Source: Octopus vulgaris
Lineage: Eukaryota
Reading direction: 5' to 3'
Length of the DNA stretch: 64,000 bases
Assembly: GCA_951406725.2 (NCBI GenBank)
Contig: OX597814.1
Coordinates: 111,476,001-111,540,000 of the forward strand
This document shows, piece by piece, positions 37,881 through 49,510 of this stretch (positions within the stretch are counted from its first letter, which is position 1; every line of letters begins with the position of its first letter). A model generated the notes under the pieces. The model saw only the letters and a list, made by a program, of their open reading frames with translations, did no database searches and was not told where the DNA came from. The position numbers and the translations under genes are program-made.

Positions 37881-39099
37881 TATATAGTGCTGGGTTGATG
37901 CCAGTGTTGCCTGACTGGCTCCTGTGGCACTTAAAAAGCACCATTCGAGTGTGGTCAATGCCAGTCACTTGTAAAAAGCAGCCGCTACACTCTTGGAGTG
38001 GTTGGTGTTAGGAAGGGCATCAAGCTGTAGAAACCTTGCCAGAATAGTTTGGAGCCTGGTGCAACCTACTGGCTTGCCAACCCCCTAATCAAACCATCCA
38101 ACCCATGCCAGCATGGAAAGCAGACATTAAACAATGATGATGGTGTGACTCTCCTCATTTTAATGTTGAGTAATTGTTGTAAACGACTATCATAGAAGTG
38201 GTTTCATTCATTTCCAATCTTCCATGGGAGCCTGTCTGACCATGGAGAAGCCTTGCCCTGCTTGGAAACGGGTGAGGGTTGGTGACAGAAAGGGCATAGA
38301 ATTGTAGAACACCTACCTCAATGAATTCCATCGGACCTAGGCCAGCATGGACGACATTAAATGGTTTGTTTACATCCCTCTAAGCAGCTCAGCAGCAGAG
38401 ACTAATGAAATAAGCACTAACATCAATTGACTCAAGTAAAACCCTTCAAAGCAAGTAAAAAACAAAAAAACTAGTCATATCTGCACTTGGCGGTGTACTA
38501 AATGTAGAATCGGTCCCCCAAGCTTTGAATGACATTCTAATCTCTATTAATAGATTTGATTTGACAGCTGATACTGGAACAGCCGTAACAAACTGGTGTT
38601 AGATGCAGTTCTCAAATAGCAAATGAAATGAAACCAATTCATTTGTGGGAGATATATCATTTGATGATTTTTGTTGTTGTGTTATTCTTTTGTTTAGGTC
38701 ATTTGTTTGCGGCCATGCTGGGGCACCAGCCTCAAGTTTTTAGTCAAACAAATTGACTGCCCCCTCCCCTCTAGTGCTTTTTCTTTTTTCCTTTTTTTTC
38801 TTTCTTTCAAGCCTGGTATATATTCTAGCAGTCCCCTTTGCTGAACTGCTAAGTGGTGGGAATGTAAACAAACCAGGGCCTGTTTAGTCGTGGTGAGGGA
38901 GACATACACACACACATGATGGGCTTTTTTCAATTTGTCTACCAAATCCATTCACAAGGCTTTGGTTGACCTAGGGCTATAGTAGAAGGCACTTGCCCAA
39001 GGTACCACACAGCAAGACTGAACCTGGAACCATGTGATTGAGAAGCGAACTTCTTACTACACAGCCTGGCCTGTATTTACTATCTTACATGTTTAAGGG

Positions 39100-39545
39100 T
39101 TTATCAGAGTTGCATGAGAGCTGAAACACTGTATGGGAGTGAGACATGGTGCCTGAGGTAAAGCGAAATGGCAATTTTGAGAAGGACCGAGAGAGCAATG
39201 TGTGGTGTGAAACTATTGGATAACAGGAAGGCTGAGGACCTGATGGGGTTGGCAGAATCGGTGGAACAGCTGGGAAGAGTGAATGGAGTGTGGTGGTATG
39301 AACATGTGTTAAGGAGGGACGAGGATCATGTTCTGAGGAGAGTGCTTGAGTTTAAAGTAAACGAAAGCGAGGTTGACTAAAGGAAACGTGGAAGAGGAGA
39401 TAGGGAGGGTTGGCTTGAGGAGGGAGGATGCTCAAAACTGGGCAAGCTGGTGTGAGAGCAGTTGCTGTAAGAGTGAGGTAGATCCAGCCACCCCCGTTAA
39501 TGGGGACAAACCTAGATTTAAAATATTAGAATTCATTCATTCATA
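39100..39545 (+). mobile_element. RTE LINE 3' fragment (second family)
   Basis: LYGSETWCLR*SEMAILRRTERAMCGVKLLD...WYEHVLRRDEDHVLRRVLEF, ending in (TTCA)n. Confidence 0.75.
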
Positions 39546-39809
39546 CACTTGATCAAAACTGGCCACCAGTTAGATGTTGGCTTGACTGTTGAGAATAAAT
39601 TGTATGAATGAGAGTACTGGAGAAACTCAGAATGATATGGCTGTGTCAAGGAAGGAAATGGTTTGTAACAAATGAAAATTTAAGGGGAGTATGTCAGGTG
39701 AGGGACCTAAATGTAGATGCCATATACACCTCCCAGCCTCTATCAGTATTTTAATGTCTTTCAACCTGCTTGCGTGGGTGGGTTGTCTACAGTTTTTTGT
39801 GTCACCAAT

Positions 39810-40040
39810 CAGGCCCTGCTCAATCTGTAGAAAAGGTGTAGGTAGAAACTTTATGCGATGCACTCAGTGTAAGCTTTGGAAACATAAATGGTGCAACATC
39901 AGAGGAAGGTTAACAGGGAAACTTAGGTATGTGGAAGGTGCACAGATACAATAAATGCTGAAAATGTGCAGAAAATAGACTCTATCAACTACCAGGAGGG
40001 CAAGCTGGTGGTAGTAGATAGCTTCCGTTATCTAGGTGAC
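39810..40040 (+). mobile_element. RTE ORF2 fragment with Cys-rich finger
   Basis: PCSICRKGVGRNFMRCTQCKLWKHKWC ... VVDSFRYLGDQ. Confidence 0.65.
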
Positions 40041-41591
40041 CAAGTTCCTTTCGAGTATTGGGCCTCATGAAGGCAATGACCAAGACCTTTCGCATTATGT
40101 CATGCTTGAGAAGATCCATCAAGCCAAGCAAAATCACAGTTGTGGCATTTTAATGCACCCACGACACTCTCAGAGTGGTTGGCATGAGGTAGTGCATCCA
40201 GCCATAGAAAACCATGCCAAATCAGTCTGGAGCCCAGTCAAACCATCCAGCCCATGCAAGCATGGACAACAGACATTAAATGATGTTGATGATTTCTTTT
40301 ATGAAGCTCGGCATCTTGATATTGGTCTTCATGCCTTTCTGGGTTTCTCTCTTCTTCAGGTTCCATCCACTTTGAGCACTCTGCACTCCTTTATACAACT
40401 GTCATCTTTCATATACATCATATTCCATGACAGTCTTCTCTCTTGCTCACCACATTTAATTCTTTCTTCTCTTATTCTTTTACTTGTTTCAGTCATTTGA
40501 CTGCAGCCATGCTGGAGCACCACCTTTATTCGAGCAAATCAACCCCAGGACTTATTTTTTGTAAGCCTAGTACCTATTCTATCAGTCTCTTTTGCTGAAC
40601 TGCTAAATTACTGGGATGTAAACACACCAGCATCGGTTGTCAAGTGATGGTGGGGGGACAAACACGGGGACACACACACACACATGACGGGCTTCTTTCA
40701 GTCTCCATCTACAAAATCCACTCACAAGGCTTTGGTCAGCCTGAGCCTATAGTAGAAGACACCTGCCCAAGGTGCCATGCACTGGGAATGAATCTGGAAC
40801 CATGTGGTTGGTAAGCAAGCTACGTACCACACAGCCACCCCTTCTTATATTCAGTTTTCCTAACAGCTCGTTTGTGTTCTGTCCTTCATGTATACCAGTA
40901 TTTATTTCTTTTTAGCTATTGCACATCCCTTACACTCAGAATGTCAAATAAAGTGAGTTCATAGCTGTTTCGCATAACCAGCCCCAGCCCATTCAAAATT
41001 ACCTTGGATCGTAGGGCTACCTGCTGTGCTTGAGGAGACCTATTGAGTCCAGTACATCAACATCAAAATTAAAATCAAATGGAAGTTGTAATTGTGATAC
41101 ACGTGCCGGTGGCATTTAAGAAGCACCATCCGAACGTGCCCAATGCACGCGCTGCCTTGACTGGCTTCCATGCCAGTGGCATATAAAAAGCACCAACTGA
41201 TCGTAACCATTGCCAGCCTCCTCTGGCTCATATGCTGGTGGCATGTAAAATGCACCCACTACACTCACGGAGTGGTTGGTGTTAGGAAAGGCATCCAGCT
41301 GTAGAAACACTGCCAGATCAGAATGGAGCCTGGCTTCCCAGACCCCGGTTGAACTGTCCAACCCATGCTAGCATGGAAAATGGATGTTAAACGATGATGA
41401 TGATATCTTTCACACACATGGGCACAGGATGTCACCAACTGTGCAAACATGAAATATGTAAACAAACAAGTTAAATATGCAAGCAACGAGAGGAAAAAAT
41501 GGAAAACAGGACAAGCAAACACAGAGAATGACCCCTCACCAGTTGTCAGCCACCAACCTACTTCCCATTTTGAACATTCAACAGCAAATGT

Positions 41592-41639
<48 letters not shown>

Positions 41640-41779
41640 GTGGGCTTCTTTCAGTTTCTATCTGACAAATCTGTTTACAAGGCTTTGGTTGTCCCGAGGC
41701 TATAGTAGAAGACACTTGCCCAAGGTGTCATGCAGTGGGACTGGACCTGGAACTACTTACCACACAGCCACTCCTGTGC

Positions 41780-42720
41780 CTAAAGTTTTTCTCCAGCCTG
41801 TTCTTACTCTGCTTGCTGTTCTTTTAGAATACCACCTCCACTGCTAATAAGGATCCCCTCTTTAACAGAAGCAGTCAACTAATTCTAGGGACCCATCTTG
41901 GCATTTGAGGGAATCCAGTTCATGTGTGCTCTTATTACTTATTGCTCTTGGGCATCTGCCACATACAAAGTCTCTGTCAACCTACCTGTGATCTTATTAG
42001 ATCTCTTGTGTGTTCATAGCATAATACACTGGGTACATTGTATGCAATTTCATCCTATTGAGCTCAGTTATTTCCCTGAAGTAGGACTCTTTGTCTTTGC
42101 TAAGTTTATTTTGAGGCCACTTGGTTCTTGGTTTTGCTTATATGTCTGGAATTTCTCTTTTAATACTACTACAGATTCACCTACAAGAACTAGGTCATCA
42201 GCATATAGAATTCCCATGGATGGCTTGTTTTAAACTCTTTTGATTTGGCCAGGAAGAGAGTATTGTGGTAAACAGCAGGAAGCTGAGGATTGAACCCTGG
42301 TTTGACTCCTATCTGTGTGCTAAAATTGTCAGTCTATTCATTACTAACTCTTTGTCTTGCTTATTTCATCTCTGTACATGGCTTGCATTACTCTCATACA
42401 CCATTCACCTATCTCTAGTTTCCTTAGCAATCAACAGATCAGTGTGTGGAACTTTGCCAAACCCGTCCGTCTCCAGGTTGACAAATACTAGGTACAATAA
42501 TTTAGTCTAAAGTCAATTTGGTGCAGTTGTCTCTTTGGAGACAACCGCACCAAACTGCAACTATATGACACTGTAATGCATCTCATTTCAAGTTATTTTG
42601 TTCCTCACCAGTTGTGCTATAACACTTTCCATAACTTCTGTGACTTGGTCCACCAACTACCATGCTTTCTCTTTCTTGTACATCTTCTATCCCCTTCAAA
42701 CAGTTGATAATGATAGTATT
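41780..42720 (-). mobile_element. Highly decayed RTE RT fragment
   Basis: Minus-strand remnants of LVDQVTEVMESVI, FVNLE and ILYADDLVL motifs. Confidence 0.55.
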
Positions 42721-42760
42721 AACGATAGACGGTAGGTCTAAGCATATCAAATTATAGATA

Positions 42761-43088
42761 ACTAGCAGTATCGCCCGGCGTTGCTCAGGTTTGTTTCGAT
42801 CCTTTAGAATTGGAATTTTTGAAAAGTAAAATTTTGCATTATGTAGCTTGTTATTCTCTTTAAGTGAACATTTTTCTGGTTAAAATACACCAAAAAATGG
42901 CAACACAGCAGTCAAAAAAATCGTAATAAATAGGGATTTTCATAGAAAAAAGCACCTTTTTGATGTAAATAATTTACATACTCTCAATTTTGGTCAACTT
43001 GCGCCACAGGGTCTCGGAGGAGATAGTGTTAATTGAAGGCTACCAAACCTGCCATACACAAACAACTTCAGCTTTATATATAGAGAGA
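42761..43088 (+). mobile_element. Helitron/Helentron-associated non-autonomous (DINE/HINE-like) element
   Basis: Starts ACTAGCAGTATCGCCCGGCGTTGCTC and ends CTTCAGCTTTATATATAGAGA. Confidence 0.5.
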
Positions 43089-43354
43089 TTGAGTTGGCAA
43101 AGTCTACAGTTCTATAAACTGTAAGCTGGTGTTTGAAGTAGAATTTTAGTCAGAGGGAATTGGTGTTTGATAGAAGTAGTGGTTTTCAGTTAATCATCAC
43201 TAGTGTAAACATACATATACTTATGGTGAACCCAGTGTATGACAGGTACATGTACTAGTAAAATATTCTTTTCTTATTTTAGCACAAGGCCAGCAATTTT
43301 GACAGGTGAGTAAGTTGATTACACTGACCCCCAGCACTCGGCTGGTATTTAATA

Positions 43355-43645
43355 CAGTTCTATATTTAAGAGATGAAGAATTATTTACATTTGACAGATA
43401 TTTGTCCTCATCTTGTTTGTTGTTAACACAACATTTCGGCTGATATACCCTCCAACCTTCATCAGGTGTCTTGGGGATTCCAAGCAGTGACCTGAATAAT
43501 AATGATATCAAAAAATACCTTAGGAATGAGAACCGAGGCTTGAAATTTCCCCAAGACACCTGATGAAGGCTGGTGGGCATATCAGCTGAAACGTTGTGTT
43601 AACGACAAACAAGATGAGGACAAATATCTGTCAAATGTAAATAAT
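43355..43645. mobile_element. Hammerhead-SINE, inverted arrangement
   Basis: Minus arm 43355-43476, plus copy 43477-43645. Hammerhead motifs on both strands. Confidence 0.8.
43555..43600 (+). ncRNA. Minimal type-I hammerhead motif, sense to ZNRF intron
   Basis: GACAC CUGAUGA A GGCUG..CAGCU GAAAC GUU GUGUU. Confidence 0.62.
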
Positions 43646-45214
43646 GGTGTTTATTTTATCGAACCCGAAGGATGAAAGACAAAGTTGATCTTGGTGGAAT
43701 TTGAATTTAGAGCATAAGGACAGATGAAATGCTGCTAAGCATTTCATCTGGCATGTTAATGATTCTGCCAGCTTGCTGTCTTTCTAGTAACTAGTAACAG
43801 TTGCAAGAATGGCTCTGTGGTAAAAAGCTTGCTTCCTAACCACAGTGTTCCGGGTTCAGTCCAACCGCATGGCACCTTGGGCAAGTGTTTTCTGCTATAG
43901 CCTTGGGCTAACCTAAGCCTTGTGAGTGGATTTGGTAGGCGGAAACTGAAAGAAACCTTTCGTGTGTGTATGTATATATCAAAATAGATCAACATCAATG
44001 GAAATTGTAGCTGAAATACCAGTGCCGGTGGCACGTTAGAAAACCATCCGAACGTAGTCGTTGCCGCCCCGACTGGCCTCCGTGCCGGTGGCACGTAAAA
44101 AGCACCATCCGATCATGGCCGTTGCCAGCCTTGCCTGGCCTCCGTGCCGGTGGCACGTAAAAAGCACCCACTACACTCTCGGAGTGGTTGGCGTTAGGAA
44201 GGGCATCCAGCTGTAGAAGCATTGCCAAATCAGACTGGGCCTGGTGCAGCCTTCTGGCTTCCCAGACCCCAGTTGAACCGTCCAACTCATGCTAGCATGG
44301 AAAGCGGACGCTAAACGATGATGATAATGTGTGTGTCTGTTTGTCTCCCCACCATTGTTTGACAACCAACGTTGGTATGTTTACATCCCTATAACTTAAT
44401 GGCTCGACAAAAGAGACTGATAGAATAAGTACTAGGCTTACAAAGAATAAGTCCTGGGGTTGATTTACTCGACTAAAGGTGGTGCCCCAGCATGACCTCA
44501 GTCAAATGACTGATACCAATAAAAGAAAGGAAGAATAAAAGAATATGCTTATGTCTACCCTTAAAGTAAAACCAGTGGAACACTTGGGTACATTTGTCAT
44601 TGCCAGCAAATAAACAGCCTTGGTCATGTCTCCTTTGATCCAGCTGAGCATCTCAGAACAGCTGAAGCGAGAGTGTATTATACTCATTACACTTGAGTAA
44701 GCTGGAGGAATGTGAAGTGAAGGACCTTGCTTAAGAACCAACTCTAATAATATTTGAAATTTTTTTCTTTTTTTTTTCAATTGATAGTGTTTGAAGATTT
44801 ATTACTTATCTAGAAGCAGCAATGACTCGTCACAATACTAGAAGTTAAATGTGTTGTGAGGCTGTTTTAATTATTAGATATAAAGATAGTGAAAATATGG
44901 AAATTGTTGTTCCCTGTTGTAAACTCTGGCTGGAAGAATTAACCTCAGCTTAACTGTAGCACTGATTGGAGTCTGGTGGATGATAGGTGTGGGTAAATAA
45001 CTCTTTAGAGCAGTTTTGGCCAGTGTATGCGTGTGTGCAAGATGTTGCAAGCAAGGCCAAGATTGGCAGCAAGTTGAATGAAAAGTTTATGGTACAGGCA
45101 AATATTTACCAAAACTCTTGGATTCCGTCTATTCATGACATTTTTACCTAAAAATTTGGTTTAAAGTCCAAAAGGGCAACATGACAAAACAAAGAAAAAG
45201 TATTAATTTGGAAC

Positions 45215-45520
45215 ATTCAATTCTATATTTGGGACATAAGGAATTTATATTATGTATACTGTTTATATTATTTGAACCGGTGTCCTCATCTTAATTGTTG
45301 CTTTCACTCTGTTTCGGCTCTTGTATGCTCCAGCCTTCTTCAGGTGACTTGCGTTGAATTCAGTTGTATTGGAATTTTGAGCCTTACCCTTTATTTGATC
45401 CATGGGGTTACATTGTTCTTACTCTACTAATGCTTTACCTGGAGTTGAACTTAGAACCTCTAGGTGACTGCACTACCTTAACCAACATTTTTATCTACTA
45501 CACTATGCCTATAGGCATAG
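45215..45520 (-). mobile_element. Diverged second subfamily of the hammerhead-SINE
   Basis: Palindromic leader CTATGCCTATAGGCATAG, tRNA-like head, TCAC-CTGAAGA-A-GGCT..AGCC-GAAAC..GTGA, and shared 3' words AAGATGAGGACA and AAATATAGAA. Confidence 0.65.
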
Positions 45521-46338
45521 CATTATAGATAAAGACCTTACTTAAGGCACAAGGACTCTATCTTAAGGGCTTGTGGCACCACGAGTCCTTATGAGAAATC
45601 CTCTCGAGGTAAGTAAAGCAGTATTCTGTGTTCTTACACAACCTCCATGTTAAGTCAGAGATCAAGATTACCACTCACACACACGTATATATCTGTCTGT
45701 CTGTCTCTCTCTCTCTCATCATCGTCAATTAATGCCTGTTGTCCATGCTGGCATGGGTTGAATGGTTTGACCAGGGCTGGTAAGTTGAGGAGCTGCACCA
45801 GACTTCAGTCTGATTTGACATGGTTTCTATGGCTGGATGCCTTTCTTAATGCAACCACTCCAAGCATGTCGTGGGTGCTTTTACGTTCCATCAGCACAAG
45901 TATCAGTTTGCACAACACCCATATCTGCCACGACTACGATTTCACTTGGCTTGAGATGACAAAAGCATAAATGATTACCTTGTCAACTTCATTGGCTTAC
46001 AGTAGTTTCTGCTGCAAGATGCAGTGGACTCATAGTTTTGTTTTCTTGTCACTCTATACTGGACTAATGCTTAATTCTGAAGCATATGTTTACTGAGTTC
46101 TACACTAGGTTATTAGTCTTGTAAAGCCTAAAAGAAGTGTGTGTGTGTATGCATAGACTTATGGACAGCTAGAACATTTTCTGGTTGTTATCTGTAAAGT
46201 ATACATGGATAGGGAAGTAGTTGTGGAGAGAAAGTATTCAACACTATGTTTAATGCAGAATAGAATAGGAATGATAGAGAAGCAGATATATTTACATGGA
46301 AGTAGTGGGCAGTTTGCTAGAGAAGAAGCTGTTATTGT

Positions 46339-46763
46339 ATTACATTTGACGGATATTTGTCCTCATTTTGTTTGTTAACACAACGTTTCGGCTGATATAC
46401 CCTCCAGCCTTCATCAGGTATCTTGGGGAAATTTCGAACCTGGGTTCCCATTCCTAAGGTATTTTTCAATGTTATATGCCCATGGGCATATGGCATAGTG
46501 GTTAAGAGCATGGGCTACTAACCCCAAGATTCCGAGTTTGATTCCAAGCAGTGACCTGAATAAGAGTAATAATAATTAATAACATTGAAAAATACCTTAG
46601 GAATGAGAACACAGGTTCAAAATTTGCCCCAAGACACCTGGTGAAGGCTGGAGGGTATATCAGCCGAAACTTTGTGTTAACAACAAACAAGATGAGGACA
46701 AATACCTGTCAAACGTAAATAATGTAAATGTACATAATTCTTCGTCTCTTAAATATTGAAGTG
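46339..46763. mobile_element. Hammerhead-SINE, inverted partial copy plus full-length copy
   Basis: Minus arm 46339-46473. The full plus copy starts at the palindrome ATATGCCCATGGGCATAT (46474-46491). Confidence 0.8.
46377..46422 (-). ncRNA. Minimal type-I hammerhead ribozyme motif (best-preserved family copy)
   Basis: Reverse complement: GAUAC CUGAUGA A GGCUG-GAGGGUAUAU-CAGCC GAAAC GUU GUGUU. Stems I and II pair, and palindromic AACGUU replaces stem III. Confidence 0.72.
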
Positions 46764-47686
46764 TATAAAAACAGTACATCTGGAGCTAGTGGGTGGGTTG
46801 CCTCGGGTTGGCCTTGAATGTGCAGACTTGTGATTTGACACCCAAGTCATAAGAAGATAGTGGGGGGTGGGGCTCATTCCAACCATGATCCCTGTGTCTT
46901 ATTTAAGTAGCATATCCAGGAGAGCTCGACTTGATATTGCCCTCCCTTTATAAAATGGCAGGTTGGGTTTGCAGGGAAATTTCGCAACCCTGAGAGGTAG
47001 GTCTCCCGCCATTTATTCTGGATCTAAGGGTTGCAATGTGTTGTGTCTGTTTATAGAAAGAATTCAGATGCATGTAGTATCCAGGATGTGGTTGACACAT
47101 GAGATGGTCAGCTCAGGAAACTACTAATGTAAGGAAACTACTGTCTTGTTTATTTTGTTTGTTTTCTTTAATTCATTGCATTTTTTTTTTGTCTTTACTA
47201 AGATCCGTTCAGCTTTAATCTAATCAAACATTTAGTCAACCACATTTCAATTTGAAGTGTTATTTTTATAAGTGGGCACTTTGTCCAGGAAATGTAGGTT
47301 CTGGAGGGAATGTTTTCATGATTTTCTCTTAGTGACATTTTTCTTAGATAGAATGTAAGTGTTGAATGAATGATTTCAATAAATGAATACATTACTTTGA
47401 GTGCTTATATATATATATATATTATATATATATATATATATTATAGTATTTTTAAGAGCCTGCCCTAATTATATGCTTCTTAGACAACTTATTTTTAACC
47501 ATGGCACAGACTCCTTTATCATTATAAAAGTTAGCCAATGTTGCCAATTCTGTTGTTTAGCATCTCATTAAGGGACAGATAGTGGTGTTAAAATGGGCTG
47601 ATATCCCTTCATCCAATAAGAATAATAATAAGTAACAACAAAAGAATGAGACCTCAATTTTAGAGAAATAGAGGATTATTTTTATG

Positions 47687-47882
47687 TTATAATTTAGAAC
47701 AAACAGCAAAAGGTTGTCATTATAGGACTCAGAGTTTCAACTGTTGGAGCGAAGAGCTATGATACCTTCTCGGCTATTAATGGCCATTAATAACCAACAA
47801 GAATGTATCATAGCTCTTCGCCCCGACATTTGAAACTCCAAGTCCTATAACGACAACCTTTTACTATTTGTTCTAAGTTATA
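47687..47882. repeat. Long imperfect palindrome (fold-back element)
   Basis: About 95-bp arms meeting at ATTAATGGCCATTAAT. Confidence 0.75.
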
Positions 47883-48580
47883 TATATCATCATCATCATC
47901 ATCGTTTAACGTCCGCTTTCCATGCTAGCATGGGTTGGACGATTTGACTGAGGTCTGGCAAACCAGATGGCTGCACCAGACTCCAATCTGATCTGGCAGA
48001 GTTTCTACCACTGGATGCCCTTCCTAATGCCAACCACTCCAAGAGTGTAGTGGGTGCTTTTACGTGCCACAAGCATGAGGGCCAGTCAGGCGGTACTGGC
48101 AATGGCCATGCTCAAATGGTGCTTTTTATGTGCCACCTGCACAGTGCCAGTAAGGCAATGCAGGTAACGATCACACTCGAATGGTGCTTTTTTACGTGCC
48201 ATCAGCACAGATGCCAGTTTGTTGCTCTAGCAATGATCACAGCCGGATGGTGCTCTTAGTGCTCCACTAGCACGGATGCCAGTCATTGAATTTGATTTCA
48301 ATTTCACTTGCCTCAACAGGTCTTCGCAAGCAGAATTTAGTGTCCAATGAAAGAAAGGTACGCATAAGTGGACTGGTTACACCTCTGGCATAGGCCACAA
48401 GGTTATGGTCTCACTTGCACTTGCCAAGTCTTCTCAAGCACAGCATATTTCCAAAGGTCCTGGTCACTAGTCATTGCCTCGGTAAGGCCCAATGTTCGAA
48501 GGTCATGCTTCACCACCTCATCCCAGGTCTTCCTGGGGGGTCTACCTCTTCTTTCTCTCTCTCTCTCTATATATATATAT

Positions 48581-48946
48581 AGTTGGAAAATATTGTTATA
48601 GGTATAAATATACCATAAATGATTATAGAAAAATGGAGAAAAAGATGTTGAATCAAAATTAGATTTAATACAAAATAGGATTCAATACATATGTGCATTT
48701 CAAAGGACAATGCAAATATGTAAGAAAAAAATTATAACCATAGTAATTATAAATTTATGCATTGATGAAAATGACAATGCATAAATTTACTTTTAATTAT
48801 AATTACTATGGTTATAATATTTTACATATTTGCATTGACCTTTGAAATGCGCGTATGTATTGAATCCTATTTTGTATCAAATCTAATTTTGATTCAACAT
48901 CTTTTTCTCCTCCATTTTTATACCTGTAACGATATTTTTTAACTAT
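48581..48946. repeat. Long AT-rich fold-back element
   Basis: GGAGAAAAAGATGTTGAATCAAAA...ATAACCATAGTAATTATA is mirrored by TATAATTACTATGGTTAT...TTTTGATTCAACATCTTTTTCTCC. Confidence 0.75.
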
Positions 48947-49165
48947 TATTTTCATATTCTTATTACTTGCTCTGGCTGTTTTTTATGAATATGATGAATC
49001 TTTATTAGAAATCATTCTTTCTCTCCTTTGGGACCTCTCAAAAAGTTTGTATTGTTCTCTTTTGATCTTATTTTTTCCCCCATATATATACATCTAATAT
49101 AGAATAACATTTTCAAAAAAAATTTTATCAATGGCCAGCATATTAAAAAATACCTGCAAAGGTTA

Positions 49166-49467
49166 AATTTATAAATAAGGGCAAAAGAAAAAAATTCCAA
49201 TGCCAAATATGCCGAAAATACACTTAATCATCAATAACCATATAATTTATCACTATAAGCACATATCTATCGCTGATGACGAGAAAATTCTAAATGAATT
49301 AGCTCAGAAATTGGGACCGATCTGATAATAACGAAATTTTTTAGAAATTTCTATTGGCTTGCTTTCGAGATGTGTGCTTATAGTAATAAATTATATGGTT
49401 ATTGACGATTAAGTCTATTTTCGGCATATTTGGCATTGGAAATTTTTTCTTTTGCCGTTGTTTATAA
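49166..49467. mobile_element. Fold-back element with degenerate hammerhead core
   Basis: Arms 49166-49268 / 49367-49467. ATCG-CTGATGA-C-GAG..CTC-A-GAAA..CGAT at 49269-49321. Confidence 0.6.
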
Positions 49468-49475
49468 GTTGTGTA

Positions 49476-49510
<35 letters not shown>

